Assembly: GCA_043228905.1 (NCBI GenBank)
Contig: JBHGNT010000009.1
Coordinates: 18,352,001-18,416,000, forward strand
DNA from: Azolla caroliniana
Lineage: Eukaryota; Plantae; Polypodiophyta
DNA: 64,000 bases
Direction: 5' to 3'
The notes below the pieces were generated by a model. That model did no database searches and was not told where the DNA came from. It saw nothing but the letters and a program-made list of their open reading frames with translations. The translations under genes and the position numbers were made by a program. Of the stretch, positions 1 through 13,823 are shown in pieces. Position 1 is the stretch's first letter; every line of letters starts with the position of its first letter.

Positions 1-252
1 ATTATAAGTAATTTTTGTGCAGTTCTCCACATTAATCAAGCTGAGGAAGATACAAGTAAAGGATAATGAAGGTTTCATTTGTTAACAATGAACACTGGTA
101 TTTAAAACTTAGACGAATGAAATGGATGCTCAAGAATTTAAATGATACAATGTATGAATTCTTATGTACATCAAGAAAATCTCAAATATATGGATATCCA
201 CATTTCACCTCAAAACAAAATGTGCTTCATTTTGCATATACTCCAGCATTAA

Positions 253-3200
253 TCAATGAAGAGGTTTAAGCCCCTACACATTAAATAACATTTTTTTCAG
301 ATCATGTACTGGATTTGGAAACATTGATGCAAGCTGGTAAGAGAATGACATGATTTGTTGAATGAATTACAACTAAAATCAGGAACAAAAGAACCTATTT
401 AGAAGCATTTTGTTTGAATGGCATGTTTTACTAAATGAATTATGTCAATCATTTGCATGGTACCTTGGATGCCCGAAGCTCATTGGCTGGTAAGAGAATA
501 CTTTTATCTGAAGTGATAACTTTTGATAATGCTCCAGTGCTCATCCTAGAATGGAAAATCTCATAATCTTAAGATTGCAGCTAAGGCAGTACTTAACAAT
601 CTGCGAAAATGATTCCAATCATTTGTATTTTTCTAGGTTCATCATCATGGCCAAACAAATCTTTTTAGGTCAGAACACAGAAGAATAACCAACATCAATG
701 ATGCTCATAAGACAGCTGCATCAGGCTTCTCAATAGAGTTTTGAAAGACACCCATTTGCCTGGATGTAACATTCGCTGTATAATTATGGCCTTTCTTAAA
801 CTCATTCAACAGGCCATGGCTTTATCGCACTGGATTCTTTCATGATTCGCATTGATGTGTAACTACAGTTGAACTTGGTAGATGGATATTTCAAGTTATT
901 AAAACTTACTGTAGTACAGCCGCCGCCGCCGATATTGAACCATTAGTTGCCATGAGCAGATCCAACAAGCATTGTACACCCTGTTTTATCATATACAATA
1001 CAATGCACACTAGCATGATGAATTAGGCATAATCAAATTCAGCTGACATTACTACAATATCATGTCTAAAAATTTGCAACCACCTTGGGGAAATCTTTGT
1101 GCTTGGGTCCAATTCTTTGGCCATCATTCTTTTGCCCTTTACCAGGTGGAAGTATCCGAACAAGCTCTGGTGGTGGCTTGTAACCATCAAGCTCCACTGG
1201 TCGCCTTACTAGTTTTCATTTATTTGCCAAATATAGCATAAAAGCATTAGAGCATTTTCAGTATACAACAGCAAATAGCGTACCCAAAAAACGCAAAATT
1301 TAGGGAACAAATCCACACCTTTCGCAGCAATGAGTGTTCGAAGGCGTTCAAGTGCATACTCTCGGTTTGTATGTTGTGATCTCTCATCTGAAGCCTATAA
1401 TATACCTTAGACAAACAAAGAAGCAACAGCAGAAAATCAATAAAGATTTCATACACAAGATAACAAATAAAGTGAACGATAAATTTGACATAAAAACGAC
1501 TATAGATTCTACATGAAAGCTCTTCTTCAACACATTGAATGTTAGCGGCAGTCCCTAACTAGGCTGGGTTCTCAGAATTACTTCTTTACGTCATTTTGAG
1601 TTAAAACTAATCAATTCAATATAGGTTAACAAATTTCATAAACATAGCTTGAAAGTTTACATGACAACTCCACACTTTGGATACCTTCACTGTGGGTTGA
1701 GTGGGCATCTCTGGCATCAATCCACTCCATGTTTAGGATATTTTCTTTGCCACTTACATAAAAGCCTAATACTTTATACGCTCAGTACTCACACACAACA
1801 TGATTTAGGATTTTGAATAGATCACTTAACCAACAATAATCTTGTGATGCAGTAAGGAACTTAGCTCCCTTAATAATAGTTAACAAGGTTATAAATTGAA
1901 GTGATTAAGGAGTATATGAATAAATAGGCTATTAATATTCAATAACTGGAGATAAAAATTACAATCGTTGTGGACTAAAGATAAGCTCTCAACAACCAAA
2001 CATAATGTTCCTCCGATTCCATACCCCAATGGCACAATTGACAAATCCATTCTTGCATGGACCTAATTCTCAACTACTAAGATAATACTTAGTGGCTAAC
2101 AATAGCAAACATAGTGTTCCTCGATTCCATACCCCAATGGCACAATTGGAAAATCCATTTTTGCATGGGTTTGCATGCATATCTGCCTATCTCTAGCTGG
2201 TGTGAAGAGGTCTTGAGCTGCCATATATCATACAATGAAGTGCATAAGATGCATGTGTGTTCATATAGCAAGATTTGATGATATATCCATCCTATGACAT
2301 GTCAAATAGGACAAGGAACAGCGGTGAAGACTCAAAAATGGGTTTCATCATGGGATTGGCAACTATCTAATGGATGTTGCTGCATAAATCAATTTAGCTT
2401 TTGACATGGATATTATGTTCATATGCAGCTAAAACAGAAAAAACTATAAAAAAGATTGTACAAAATAGGTTTCACATAACAAGAAACAGTAGTCCTTGTG
2501 TAGCCATTCTATTACAGGACCAAATGATGTTTAGTGTAAGGAGGCCTGCAGGAGCTCCAAATTTTCCAAATACAATCCCTCGAAAGCCCAGTTTGCATTG
2601 GCCCATACATTCCCTTGCATGTAAGTTTGAAAACACACAGGACTTCAGTGATAGCCTTGAACACCCAACCACCACCAAAGTGTCCAAGTTGTGAAGAGGG
2701 TGGAAGAATAGTCGGGTATACGATCTGCTCATTACTTTCACGGTTCAAATAAAGATTTTGTCCATGAGGGCAGAAGAATTGTCAGGCATACAATCTGCTC
2801 ATTACTTTCACTGTTCAAAGAAAGATTTTGTCCATGAGGCTGGATGAATTGACAGGTATACAACATGCTCACTACTTTCACTGTTCAAATGAAAATATGT
2901 CCATGAGGGTAGAAGAATTGAAAGGTACAGATCGGCTCACTACTTTCATCGTTCAAAGAAGATTTTGTCTATGAGGATGGAAGATTTGTCAGGAAAATAA
3001 TCCAGTCACTACTTTCATTGTTCAAAGAAGAATTTGTCCATGCAATTAAGGTTAAGTTGATTTGTTTGGGTAATAGAGTCATATCACCTTGTTATCCTGA
3101 ATTGGCCTCTGGTCATTGTTCCTCGAAGACTATAGAAACTATGTTTACTCTCATATCAATCCCTAAAATGTATTTACGAACATTGGACCATGGCATCTGG

Positions 3201-4060
3201 AACTTTCAGAGGCAGTAAAACATCAGCTGAACCACAAATTTGGTTACAATTTCACACTTGAGAAATCTTATGTGAAGAAAAAAACTAATTCTTAAGGATT
3301 TGCTCCTGAAACTCGACATTTGACATAGCTACAATTTCATCACTCAAGAAAACTTATGTGAAGGAAAAAGCAAATTCTTAAGAACTTGCTCCTGAAACTC
3401 TAAATACATTGTTTACCCCAAAAAACAGCCCTTTTTCAGCATTTCATTATGAGTAATTAATAGAAGAGGATACAATAAGAAAAATTGCAAGAAAAATTGA
3501 AAGAGAGAAAATCACTTATAAGGCCTGAAACTTTCAGCACTCCAAAATCACTCTCCATTAGATCTAAAGCTGAAAATTTGAGTTTCTTTGGTACACTTCT
3601 CATAGAAGACACATAATTTGCAGCTGTGATATGATAAGCCTCATATTCTCTTTTGGTCTTTTAGAGAAATTAATCTCTCTTCATTGATGACAAATCATGG
3701 AGATCCAAACTGGTCATAATTATTACGTGGAAGAGTCATTGGCATGCAACAACTTGGACACAGAGACAGCACTGCGGGGTTCCTGCAGAATATCCTTACA
3801 CTAGCCTGCTTGATAGGCATTTCATATTGGTATACATATATGTGACACATATAGGAAGGAATACGATTGATTTACAACATCCACCAATCCAGGAAAACCA
3901 TCCGAATCCTCAGTTACACCTCATTTTAGAGTCTCATTGTTTTACCCTAAACCTATTCTAAATCTGTCATCTGTTCTCAACACCTGGAGGACATACACAC
4001 ATGTTGCACCTTCTGTATCATGGGCAGATTTTGTCCCCTAATAGTGATAGATCAACCTAT

Positions 4061-4105
<45 letters not shown>

Positions 4106-4281
4106 TGCATATGGATGGATGGATGGATGGATGGGTGTATGTACTTTGATAATGCATGTATGAAGGTCTATATGCATATGAATTTGTGTATGTGTGTGCA
4201 TATGCATGCATGTATATGTCTGTATGATGTATGTACGCTCAGAGAACATATGTATGAGTGGAAGTATGTGTACGCACGTAC

Positions 4282-4312
<31 letters not shown>

Positions 4313-4634
4313 TGCATGTTCCTGTGTATGTATGAAGCAATATTAGTGTCACCTGAGATACAAGGCCCGTAGGTAGGTGTTTTAAACGGACAGCGCTCTC
4401 CGTTTTGTTGCGATGTTGGCCACCGGGGCCTGAAGCACGAAACGTATCCATGGAACACTGCAAGAAGAGTTCTTTATTCGACAGAGAAAGATAATCCGGA
4501 GGACAAGAAACGCCAGCAGCAGGAGGGGGAGGAGGAGACACAGAGCATGCTCTCAAAGTGAGTCGAAAGCAAGGGGAGGGTGGAATTCGTAGCCATAGCT
4601 GCTTCGAACCTGAGATCATAGGCGACATCATCAT
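253..4634 (-). CDS. Class I peptide chain release factor-like protein (RF-1/GGQ domain, short plant organellar type with C-terminal HTH-like region), ~218 aa
   Basis: Six GT-AG exons assembled by hand: 4634-4353, 1394-1319, 1208-1084, 980-910, 545-464, 273-253 (657 nt, in frame, ends TGA). Motifs: [47 protein letters not shown], and a C-terminal [20 protein letters not shown]...ELRASKGLKPLH. The Ser/Pro-rich N-terminus resembles a transit peptide. Confidence 0.9.
2700..3042. repeat. Degenerate ~70-bp minisatellite (about 5 copies) in intron 1 of the release factor gene
   Basis: Core atctgctcattactttca..gttcaaa..aagattttgtccatgagg recurs near 2723, 2793, 2863, 2931 and 3000 with increasing divergence. 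Confidence 0.8.
4063..4335. repeat. Compound microsatellite (AT)n / (GGAT)n / (TATG)n
   Basis: Simple repeats directly visible in intron 1. Confidence 0.9.
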
Positions 4635-4742
4635 CTCTTCAAAAATCGCCCACAAAAAGCAAAAAACAAAGGGAACAACAGAGGACAGGGGGGAGAGAGA
4701 GAGAGAGGTCCTTAGGATCTTTGTGTGGCATTCTAAGAGTAC

Positions 4743-4776
4743 CTTCTTCTTCTTCTTCTTCTTCTTCTTCTTCTTC
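4743..4776. repeat. (CTT)n microsatellite upstream of the release factor start codon
   Basis: About 11 CTT units. Confidence 0.9.
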
Positions 4777-5831
4777 ATGTCTCAAGTCTATGTTGTTGAT
4801 TGTATTGTGTGACTATATTCAGCCTACATGTGTTCTGTACAAGCTAATCGTTACGCCACGCTTCTTTTTAATCCTATTTGAATCGATCTTTTACAGTGTA
4901 AGAAAAGCCAATGCCTGCCTGTATTTCGCACGTAACGAAATGTTTATCCAAACGTAAGCACCTTTTAAATATATACATACACTTAACCTAGCGCATGTTC
5001 TTTCAAACTTCTTATGTCATTATTTACGCTTAGATCAAGTGGCTATATGCATGAAAGAAATGATGGATAACAATTAGGCATAAAATTCAAGATTATTGCA
5101 TTCAATCTACACCAAATCAGCCGATGGTAATAAATTCAAGGTCGTTTACACCAAATCAACCTTAATTTTGAGGTGTTTGCACATTAGGATTAAGGGCAAA
5201 TAGTACAAAGACATCATATATTGTGTATAAATATAGCTTTAACGAGATAATTCTATTACGAGACTGATTGTAAGTCATAGCATTGCGATGAACACAAATC
5301 AATATTTTTCAAATTTTCAGAATTGAAAATTGATTAGGAATGCTATTCTCATTTATGATAATTATATCCTACGTTTGGGAATAAGTTTCATATGGAATTT
5401 TCAGAATTAAAAATAGATCCAAACTGCTATTTCAGAAACCATACATAAGGGCCAACCAATGTTTTGTTCACAAAGATGAAAACAGAGTCCAGCATGAAAT
5501 GAGTTTCTACAAGTAGGGAAATGTCATTATGAGATGGAAACCCTACAAAAGAATGTTCATGAATGTACCTTGATTACACCATGGAAGTGCAGTTAATTGT
5601 GCATAAGAAAAAGTACGTGTGAGAGGAAGACTATATATGTATACATATAAATATATTGAATCCATGTTCTCTCCTTCCAGATCTATTTAATAGAAAACAT
5701 TAGTACTTCCACTCCTATTAGTTACTCCATTCATGCGCGAAGGACACAATAAAAATCTCAACTGAAATTGAAAAGCTTTTCAATTTGACTTTTAGCAACT
5801 ATAAATTTATATATTTAGTGTTAACTTCAGT

Positions 5832-8800
5832 TCAACTTGCGAACAAATGAGAATGTTTGTGCAATGAGAGGTAATAATGAGACTCCAATTCATTCAGAGC
5901 AATTGCAGCTTGCTCTCCAACAGTGCTAAGAAGATTCTCAGTCTCTTCACATTGCTTCTCAAATTTTGCGACTCGGTGTTCTATGTGCTCATTCAAGGTG
6001 TTGAAATCAGAGAATACTGCGGTCTGCTTGAGTTCAGAAACAAGCTTCAGAAGTGAATCTGCTGCCTGAACCTGTTGTTAGTCAGGAAAATGATAAGGAA
6101 TGACTGAAAAACATGTGCACAAACATAGATCAAACATTCTAATGCAATATTGATAAATAATCTAAACACAATATCCAAATAATTGAAATATCATACATAT
6201 TGAATGTACATTTAAATGCAATATTTGTCAAATATCCCAAAACAATAATATCAAACATTTCAACATACCATACCCAATGATTGAGGAAAGGTTGGTGGAA
6301 TCATTAAGGATGAAGTGGGAAGATGCTAAGAGGACAAAGCTAGAATACTACAATGCAAATGTCAACCCTGATTGTTGGTCTCAATATAAAGCAAGAATGC
6401 CTATTGATCATATCGAACCTTGTCTCATTACCAATATGAGTAGTATTGCTTGTAGAGCCCTTACACTACTTCGCACTCGATCTCACAAGTTAGGTATTGA
6501 AGTTGCATCATGGTATCAAAATGTAACGAATTTGAAGATATGCAAAGTATGCAATGAAGGCATGGTAGAGGATGAATGTCACTTGCTCTTCACATGCTCA
6601 ACATATAGTGCAATTCGTTCAAGATATGCTGACATACTAAGAGGGAGTGATAACTTAAGTGCCATACTTAAGACACCACCTAGAAGGTTGAGCTCATATG
6701 TGTATGCTTTATTCACACATAGAGACTTTGTGCTTCAATGTATGAATACCCCTTCTTAGGAAGGAGACACATATCAAGAACACACATGTACTCTGGTCCC
6801 ATAGGTCAAAATTGGCCTCTTTATGGACGATAAAAATTCTAATTCTAATTCTAATGTTCAAATGAGGTAATATTTGAACGTTCTAATATGGCATATCAAA
6901 ATTTAAAATACAAAATTTATCAAACATCCAAATATGTTAATATTGAACAATCAAATATAGCATATCAAACTTCTAAAATTGATATATCAAACTTCTAAAA
7001 TCGACATATCAAACATTCAAATATGGCATATCAAACGTTCACATATGGCAAGCATTCAAATTATGGCATTATCAAATATTTGAATGATGCAGAAAAACCA
7101 AACACATACAACGCGGGCAGCATGAACTTCCATTTGAAATTCCTCCTGAGAATTCCTGACAGGATCATTTATCTGAATTGAAGCAGAAATAATTGAACTG
7201 TTAATAAGGAAATCCATTTAGAGCAGATGTAAATAAAGAAATAAAAATCAAATGAATTTTGACTATGTATGTCCAGGATCGAACACTTCCAAATACACTA
7301 CATTGAACATTTCGAAAGAAACCTTTGAAGCATTAATTCCTCCCCAACCCTCTACGGATTCTATTATGCTTTTGTTGAGAAAACCTGATAAGCAATCTTA
7401 ATTTGCTGGGGTGATATCAACAAAAAATTTGTAGCGCAAACGTTCAATAGATGGATAAATTAAGATATCAAAATCTAAAACACAGTTTAGGTATCATACT
7501 GTATGGTTGGTACAGTCAAGTATGGGACGCCAAGTATTTCAAACTACTAGATCACGTGAAATGAAGATAACTACACACATTTTGAAATTGTGTATAAATA
7601 TAAGTCCAGAGAAAATCTTTATGTTTGTTGAGAGGGAAATGAAAAAACGGGGAGTTTATTTCATTTAACACTTTTGAGGAAAAAAAGATAAGAATATGAT
7701 ACATGGCAAACTAGCACATACCAAGGCGAAAGGATGGATTAACTTTTATATTCAGATCCCTATTTCAATAATGAAGGTCATTGAAGTTCTCCCTCTTTGT
7801 ACATAATATTAATCATTTCACCTAATTCAGTTTCTGGTATTGATGCACTATATGTAGAAACTAAAAAGGTAGATTAGCAATCAGCCTAAGCTTTAAAATA
7901 CACTAGTTAATTGTGCATTTGCAATAATTGTCATTCATTTACAGAGCCAAAAACGTATCTATGCATTTTGAATTCCAATCATTTGACTTGAGCACAACTT
8001 ATAGCAACCTTCAAGGGGCTCTAGATGCTGTTGTTGAATAAGAGATTGTGTGGTATCTAAAAAATTCTTGGACTTACAAAATTATAAAAAGGATCCTAAT
8101 TGCCATGAATATAGTGGATTCGTTTTCGAAAAAATAATTAGTTCCAAGTTTTAAACCCTTGTTTCAATACATGATTTTCATATTACACTTAAAAACTCAT
8201 GGTATTTGAGTCATATGCATCTAACAAAAGATGCAAGCACATATAACAAGATAGACTAGCTGTGTTACGAGCATAACCATAACCGTAATCATGGGCTAAT
8301 GTATAAGGATAAAGGGTGGGATTGAGTTACCTCAATTCTATGGTAGGAGAGATAACTTTAGAGTGTTTCTCATCACTTGACTATTTTTTATAAAAAATAG
8401 CAACCAAGTGTGAAACACACGGGAGGACCTAGGGTTTGAGCCTATACAAGAAGGCTAGCTACCTTCATCAAAGGGCATCTCTTTTCTTTATTGTTTAGAG
8501 AGAGAGACTCTGATGAACATAACCATAACCATAGTTGCGGGCTAATTTGTAAGGATGAAGGGTGAGGATTGCGTTATCTCAATCCTACATGAGTATATAA
8601 AAAATAGAGAACCCCAAAGGCTTGTTACTAAGAAATGATTTGATATTATGATAAACTAAAAGCATAGATGTATTTGGTTAATATATGTAAAATTCCCACA
8701 ACATTTGGCTTATCTTTACCAAAATTAATACATGTAAATTCATATCTTTCTTGTAAAAAATTTGGCGAGTCTTGTAAGAATCTTTCAAAAACCTGGAATG

Positions 8801-9554
8801 TATAAAACAGTTAAAAACAAATGTCCAAACATCTTGAGAATTTGAGAGAGAAGTTGTTCTCGATTTGGCAGATCTTTGAAGGCCATTGGGAGTGAAAATT
8901 CATGAGCCTCTTGTAATGTTATACAAATCTTCTGAAAACTTCGATCCTAAACAGAGTTGAGAGCTGCTAACAACCAAATATAATATCTCCCTATTGTTTT
9001 CCCTAACACAACAATTTCCTCATACAAGAAATCAATCATCAAGGATTTGCATGTGAGCAACGGGAACGATAATTATAACAAAAAATAGTTTTTAGTTGAA
9101 AGTTTCCGAAGACTTTCAAAAATCTTCTATTATGGAAATCATTTCATTCTTCCCTATTTTGTTTCCGTTCCTTTCAAAGTTGTGACAGCTTGAGTTTCCT
9201 CATCTCTAATGAAAGCATATACATATAGACGGAGGGAAGATCAACGGAGGCCAAAATGAAGAAGAAAAACACAGGAAGACAGATAAGAGAGGGGAGGAGA
9301 TCAATGGTGCATACCCGTGCTGCTTTGAGGAGATGGGAGAAGTTGTCGAGGAGGCTGATGATGTCCGCGTCGGCGCGTTGAAGCAGAGAGCGCTGGCGCT
9401 GGGCGGCAGCAATGACAGCGGCAGCTGTAGGTCCCGACGCCATCCCCGATCCAGAGCCGCCGCCGAAGCCCACACCTGATCCACCTGATCCACCTGCAGA
9501 AGCTGAAACTGAAGCTGAAGCAGAAGCAGCAGAAGGAACGCCCTTGTTCATCAT
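5832..9554 (-). CDS. MED22: Mediator of RNA polymerase II transcription subunit 22 (Surfeit 5 family), ~180 aa
   Basis: Exons 9554-9315, 7172-7110, 6071-5832, all GT-AG, phase 0, 543 nt. Protein: MMNKG...[92 protein letters not shown]...ELESHYYLS, which matches the plant MED22 pattern. Confidence 0.93.
6277..6855 (+). mobile_element. 5'-truncated non-LTR retrotransposon (LINE) 3' end, antisense in MED22 intron 2
   Basis: ORF 6277-6759 has LRTRSHKLGIEVASW...ICKVCNEGMVEDECHLLFTCSTYSAIR, a CCHC-type motif found C-terminal to LINE RT. It is followed by a short 3' UTR and an (AATTCT)n tandem tail at about 6835-6855. Confidence 0.8.
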
Positions 9555-9674
9555 CGTCCCCACTCTCAATCACACTCTCACTCTTCTTCTTCTTCTTTCA
9601 TCTTTCTTCTTTCTTCTTTCTTCTTTCTCCTCCAATTTGAATTCTGTAACCAAAGCTTCTTTGCTGCACTGTAT

Positions 9675-9968
<294 letters not shown>

Positions 9969-10120
9969 TCTCTATCCGTGTATGTGTATTTGCCTGTGTT
10001 GTGCATGTGCCTGTGTGTGTACATTATTTCCTAATAAGACATGTCTCAATATCTCTCATCTTTGACGTTGTTGAGCGACTCACCACACCATGACCCTTTG
10101 CTGGCCACGCAAATTTCACT

Positions 10121-10600
10121 AAATGCCTCCCATGCCACGATTTCGTGCCTCAAATCAAAAGTATGATAACTCAACAATTGCATCACTGTAACATGGCACG
10201 AACTCACTGAACCACAAAGTGTACATGTCAATGGAATATATTGTCATATCCTTATGAGGTGTGATACATTTGTTTTCACGAAATGCCTCCCATGCCACGA
10301 TTTCATGCCTCAAATCAAAAGTATGATAACTCAACAATTGCATCATTGTAACATGGCACGAACTCACTGAACCACAAGTGTACATGTCAATGGAATATAT
10401 TGTCATATCCTTATGAGGTGTGATACATTTGTTTTCACGAAATGCCTCCCATGCCACGATTTCGTGCCTCAAATCAAAAGTATGATAACTCAACAATGCA
10501 TCATTGTAACATGGCACGAACTCACTGAACCACAAAGTGTACATGTCAATGGAATATATTGTCATATCCTTATGAGGTGTGATGGATTTGTTTTCATATC
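10121..10600. repeat. Three-copy ~160-bp tandem repeat
   Basis: aaatgcctcccatgccacga starts at 10121, 10281 and 10440; copies are near-identical. Confidence 0.93.
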
Positions 10601-11356
10601 CGTATGAGGTGTGACATTTCTAACATACAGAATATTGGTTATAGGCCAAATATATACGAGAAACATGCTCATGATATAATTTGTGGAGAACTACCCTTTA
10701 CTAGGTGGTAGTGGCTAATGCGTAATCGACTTGCAATATGCGAGGAACCTTTTAGGGTCTGCAACTAGTATAAAATGACAAGAGCTCTCACGAGAAAGGG
10801 GCATTTGAGTACCCTAACTTTGGGGATAGCTTTTGTTCATCATTCTCTCCCCCCTTCGAATATTTTAAGAGCCACTTTCCTCAATATGACATTTCCACAT
10901 TAATTAATTGAAATATAAATCTCATTTACTTAACAATTATCTATTTAATTGAGATAACTCACGTGTTTCTTGTATTGTAATTATCTATTTAATGGAGATA
11001 ACTCACATGTTTCTTGTGTCGTAATTATCTATTTAATCAAGACAAACATATTTTGAAACTAATGTAGTGATTAGGTGTGTGTTATAGTTAGTTTTAGTTA
11101 AGACACCCTCAAGACTTCCACGATTTCATGGAGTGGAGTGATAAGTGGTTTTATGCGTTAAAATACAATGTCGCATTCACCATTAGTGAATGGCACATGT
11201 GATTCGTCAATTGGCCCATCGTAAGGAATGGGACCCCTTGAGACTCAATAGTGACCCTTGGAAATGTGACACCTCAAGTATGAGTTATATGGATCCAATT
11301 CAAGAAACTTGATTCATTAACACCACAAGTCGATGACATGAGGCAAGTCTTATTCA

Positions 11357-12041
11357 TGTTGTGAAATGGACCGCAAGTAGACGGGAGAGATAGACCGAAA
11401 GGTACAGAGAGAAAACAACAAGATACAAATAGGCAAAGTATACACAATGCACAAGTTTTACGTGGAAACCCTAAAACAGGGGGAAAAACCACGGGAAAAC
11501 AGATCTTCACTATATTAGTGGGTATACAAAAAAAAAAGTAAAAAAAAGAAGGAAACCAGATTACAACCTCTGCACAACAGAGTATTCCCCTTACGGTTCA
11601 GACAACAAAGTACCTCTTTGTCCGCACGCAAGCTCTGTTTCTCACGCGTCACACTTATTCTCACACTCACTCTGTTGTACGGTATAGAAAACTCTCTTCA
11701 GCATCACATTCCTCACACATCATAATGTTTGCCCTAGGTGTATTTATACTTATACACATTATGGGCTATTATCATTAATAATAATAATAATACTCCCTGT
11801 GTTAATCAACCGACTAATCAACTAGTCGTCTCGACTAGCTGACTCCTATGTCGACTGTCCAGCCAGCCCGACTAGTCAGTCGCGTCTTCGACTTGGATCC
11901 CCTCCATTATTGTCGACTCCCCATGTCTTCGACTGTCGGCTCTTCCTCAGCCCAACTAGTCGGCAATTCCTTATTTTCGACTATTGGCTCTTCTCAGCCC
12001 GATCAGTTGGCTCCTCCCACAGGAGAGACATATTCCTAACA
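11357..12041 (-). repeat. 3' LTR of the Copia element (685 bp)
   Basis: Begins tgttgtgaaatggacc and ends attcctaaca; adjacent to the PPT. Confidence 0.93.
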
Positions 12042-12059
12042 AACTCCCCCTTCACTCCT
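12042..12059 (-). other. Polypurine tract of the Copia element
   Basis: Minus strand AGGAGTGAAGGGGGAGTT immediately before the 3' LTR. Confidence 0.85.
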
Positions 12060-13808
12060 GTGGGAGGGAGTCAGTTAGTCATGTCTATTGTTGACAGACT
12101 GTGAGTCTGTCCATCGGTAGGTTCTTCGTGAGCATGTCAGATCCATTGTCGTCAGTATGGATCTTCACAAGGGTAAACTCCCCGTCATCCACTTTCTCTC
12201 GCAACTAGTGATACCTTCTCTATATGTGCTTGGTCCAAGAGTGGTACACAACATTGTTGGCTAGATGTATGGCACTCTGGTTGTCACAATGAAGTAAGAA
12301 TTCTCTTTGCTTCATTCCCAACTCAGTGAGAAAATTCTTCATCCAAATTAGTTATTTTCCAGCCACTACCGTTGCCATATACTTCGCCTCTATGGTTGAC
12401 AAGGCCACAAACTTCTGCAATCTTGACTGCCACGACACTGCTCCCGCTGGATAGGTCATCACGAATCCAGAAGTGGATCGACTTGAATCTGCATCCCCCG
12501 ACATGTCTGAATCGGTAAAACCTTTGAGCGTAAGTTTTCCGACACCATACCTAAGGCATACCCCCAAGGTGCCTTTTGTGCCCTCTTTCTGTGCTCGGGC
12601 CATTATAATGAAGTTTTCCCGACAAAACTTCCACTTGCCATTTCGAAAGTTACCACTATAACCTTCATCGTCCATTCTTCCAGTCGATATCAGATTCAGT
12701 CTAATATCAGGCACATGTCTGACATCCTTCAGGATCAGTTAACAACCAGGCTACGTTGTCAAGCATATATTTCCGACGCCAACTATCTTGCATTCCCCAT
12801 TATCTCCCATCTTTACATAGCCATGGTCTTCGATTGTGTAAGTCTAGAAACACTCTCTCGAGGGAGTTATATGGAAGGATGCACCGAAGTCAATCACCCA
12901 GGTGCTCTCTTTACTTGCAAGATTTGCACTTGCCTACTCGCAAATGAACAAGATCTCCTCTTCACTTGTGGCTATGGTTGATGTGCCCTTCTCCTCAGAA
13001 ATCTTTCTGGGTTCAACATCCTTTGAGGCACCTTTTTCCTTCTTAAGGTGTCGACAATCCTTGTGGAATTGTCCAAATTTTCCACAATAGAAACATGTGA
13101 GCTTACCTCTGGACTTGGATTTGGCATGGGATTTGTCCCTTCTTTGTGAACTTCTTTATCTGTTCCTCCCTCTGTCGGGATGTTGAGCCATATTTGACTC
13201 TGACTAGTACATGACACCCTTGTCCTTCATTCTAGTCTCCTCGTTCAAGATACATGTCTTTACCACTTGCAGAGACAAGTTTTCTTCTTGACACGATGTG
13301 GTGAGAGTTACAACCAGGTTCTCCCCGCTTTCCAGCAATGTGCACATTAAAAAATAGGGCTTGCATACCATCATCAAGGGGAAACTTGACTGCCACAAGT
13401 TGGTTCACATATCCCACGAATGTGTTTATGTGCTCAACTATACTTTCTCCATCTCTGTATTTCAGCCTTACTATCTTTGTCATCAAAGACATCTTGTTGA
13501 GGACATTCTTCCTCTCGTACAACCTTGACAATTTCTATCACATCTCGTGGGCATTTTTGTCGTTAGCCACATGTTGAAGAACATTGACATCTATGCACTG
13601 TCTGATGGTGGCCACCGCCTTCCTGTTGAGGAGTTTCCATTCAGACTCTAATACCCCCGTGGGTATTTGCTCTCTATCAATGGGCTTGTACAGATCTTTG
13701 ACGATGAGAAGATCTACCATCTTGATCTTCCAATCTACGTAGTTGTGCAAGTTCAGGACCAACATTCCTGGAAAACCACTCACACCTCCTTCCATCTTTG
13801 CACCCCAA

Positions 13809-13820
13809 TCTCTGATACCA
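13809..13820 (-). other. Primer binding site (initiator tRNA-Met)
   Basis: Minus strand TGGTATCAGAGA, 3 nt after the 5' LTR; the canonical plant PBS is TGGTATCAGAGC. Confidence 0.9.
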
Positions 13821-13823
13821 GAT

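Noticed and set aside
3724-3782. Possible extra exon in release factor intron 1 (CAG acceptor at 3783-3785)
   Set aside because: It would interrupt the conserved SQ-ASDERSQ junction and runs into a stop or frameshift; at most a poison exon, with no support.
4001-4458. Overlapping ORFs rich in YI/CMYV
   Set aside because: Translations of intronic microsatellites.
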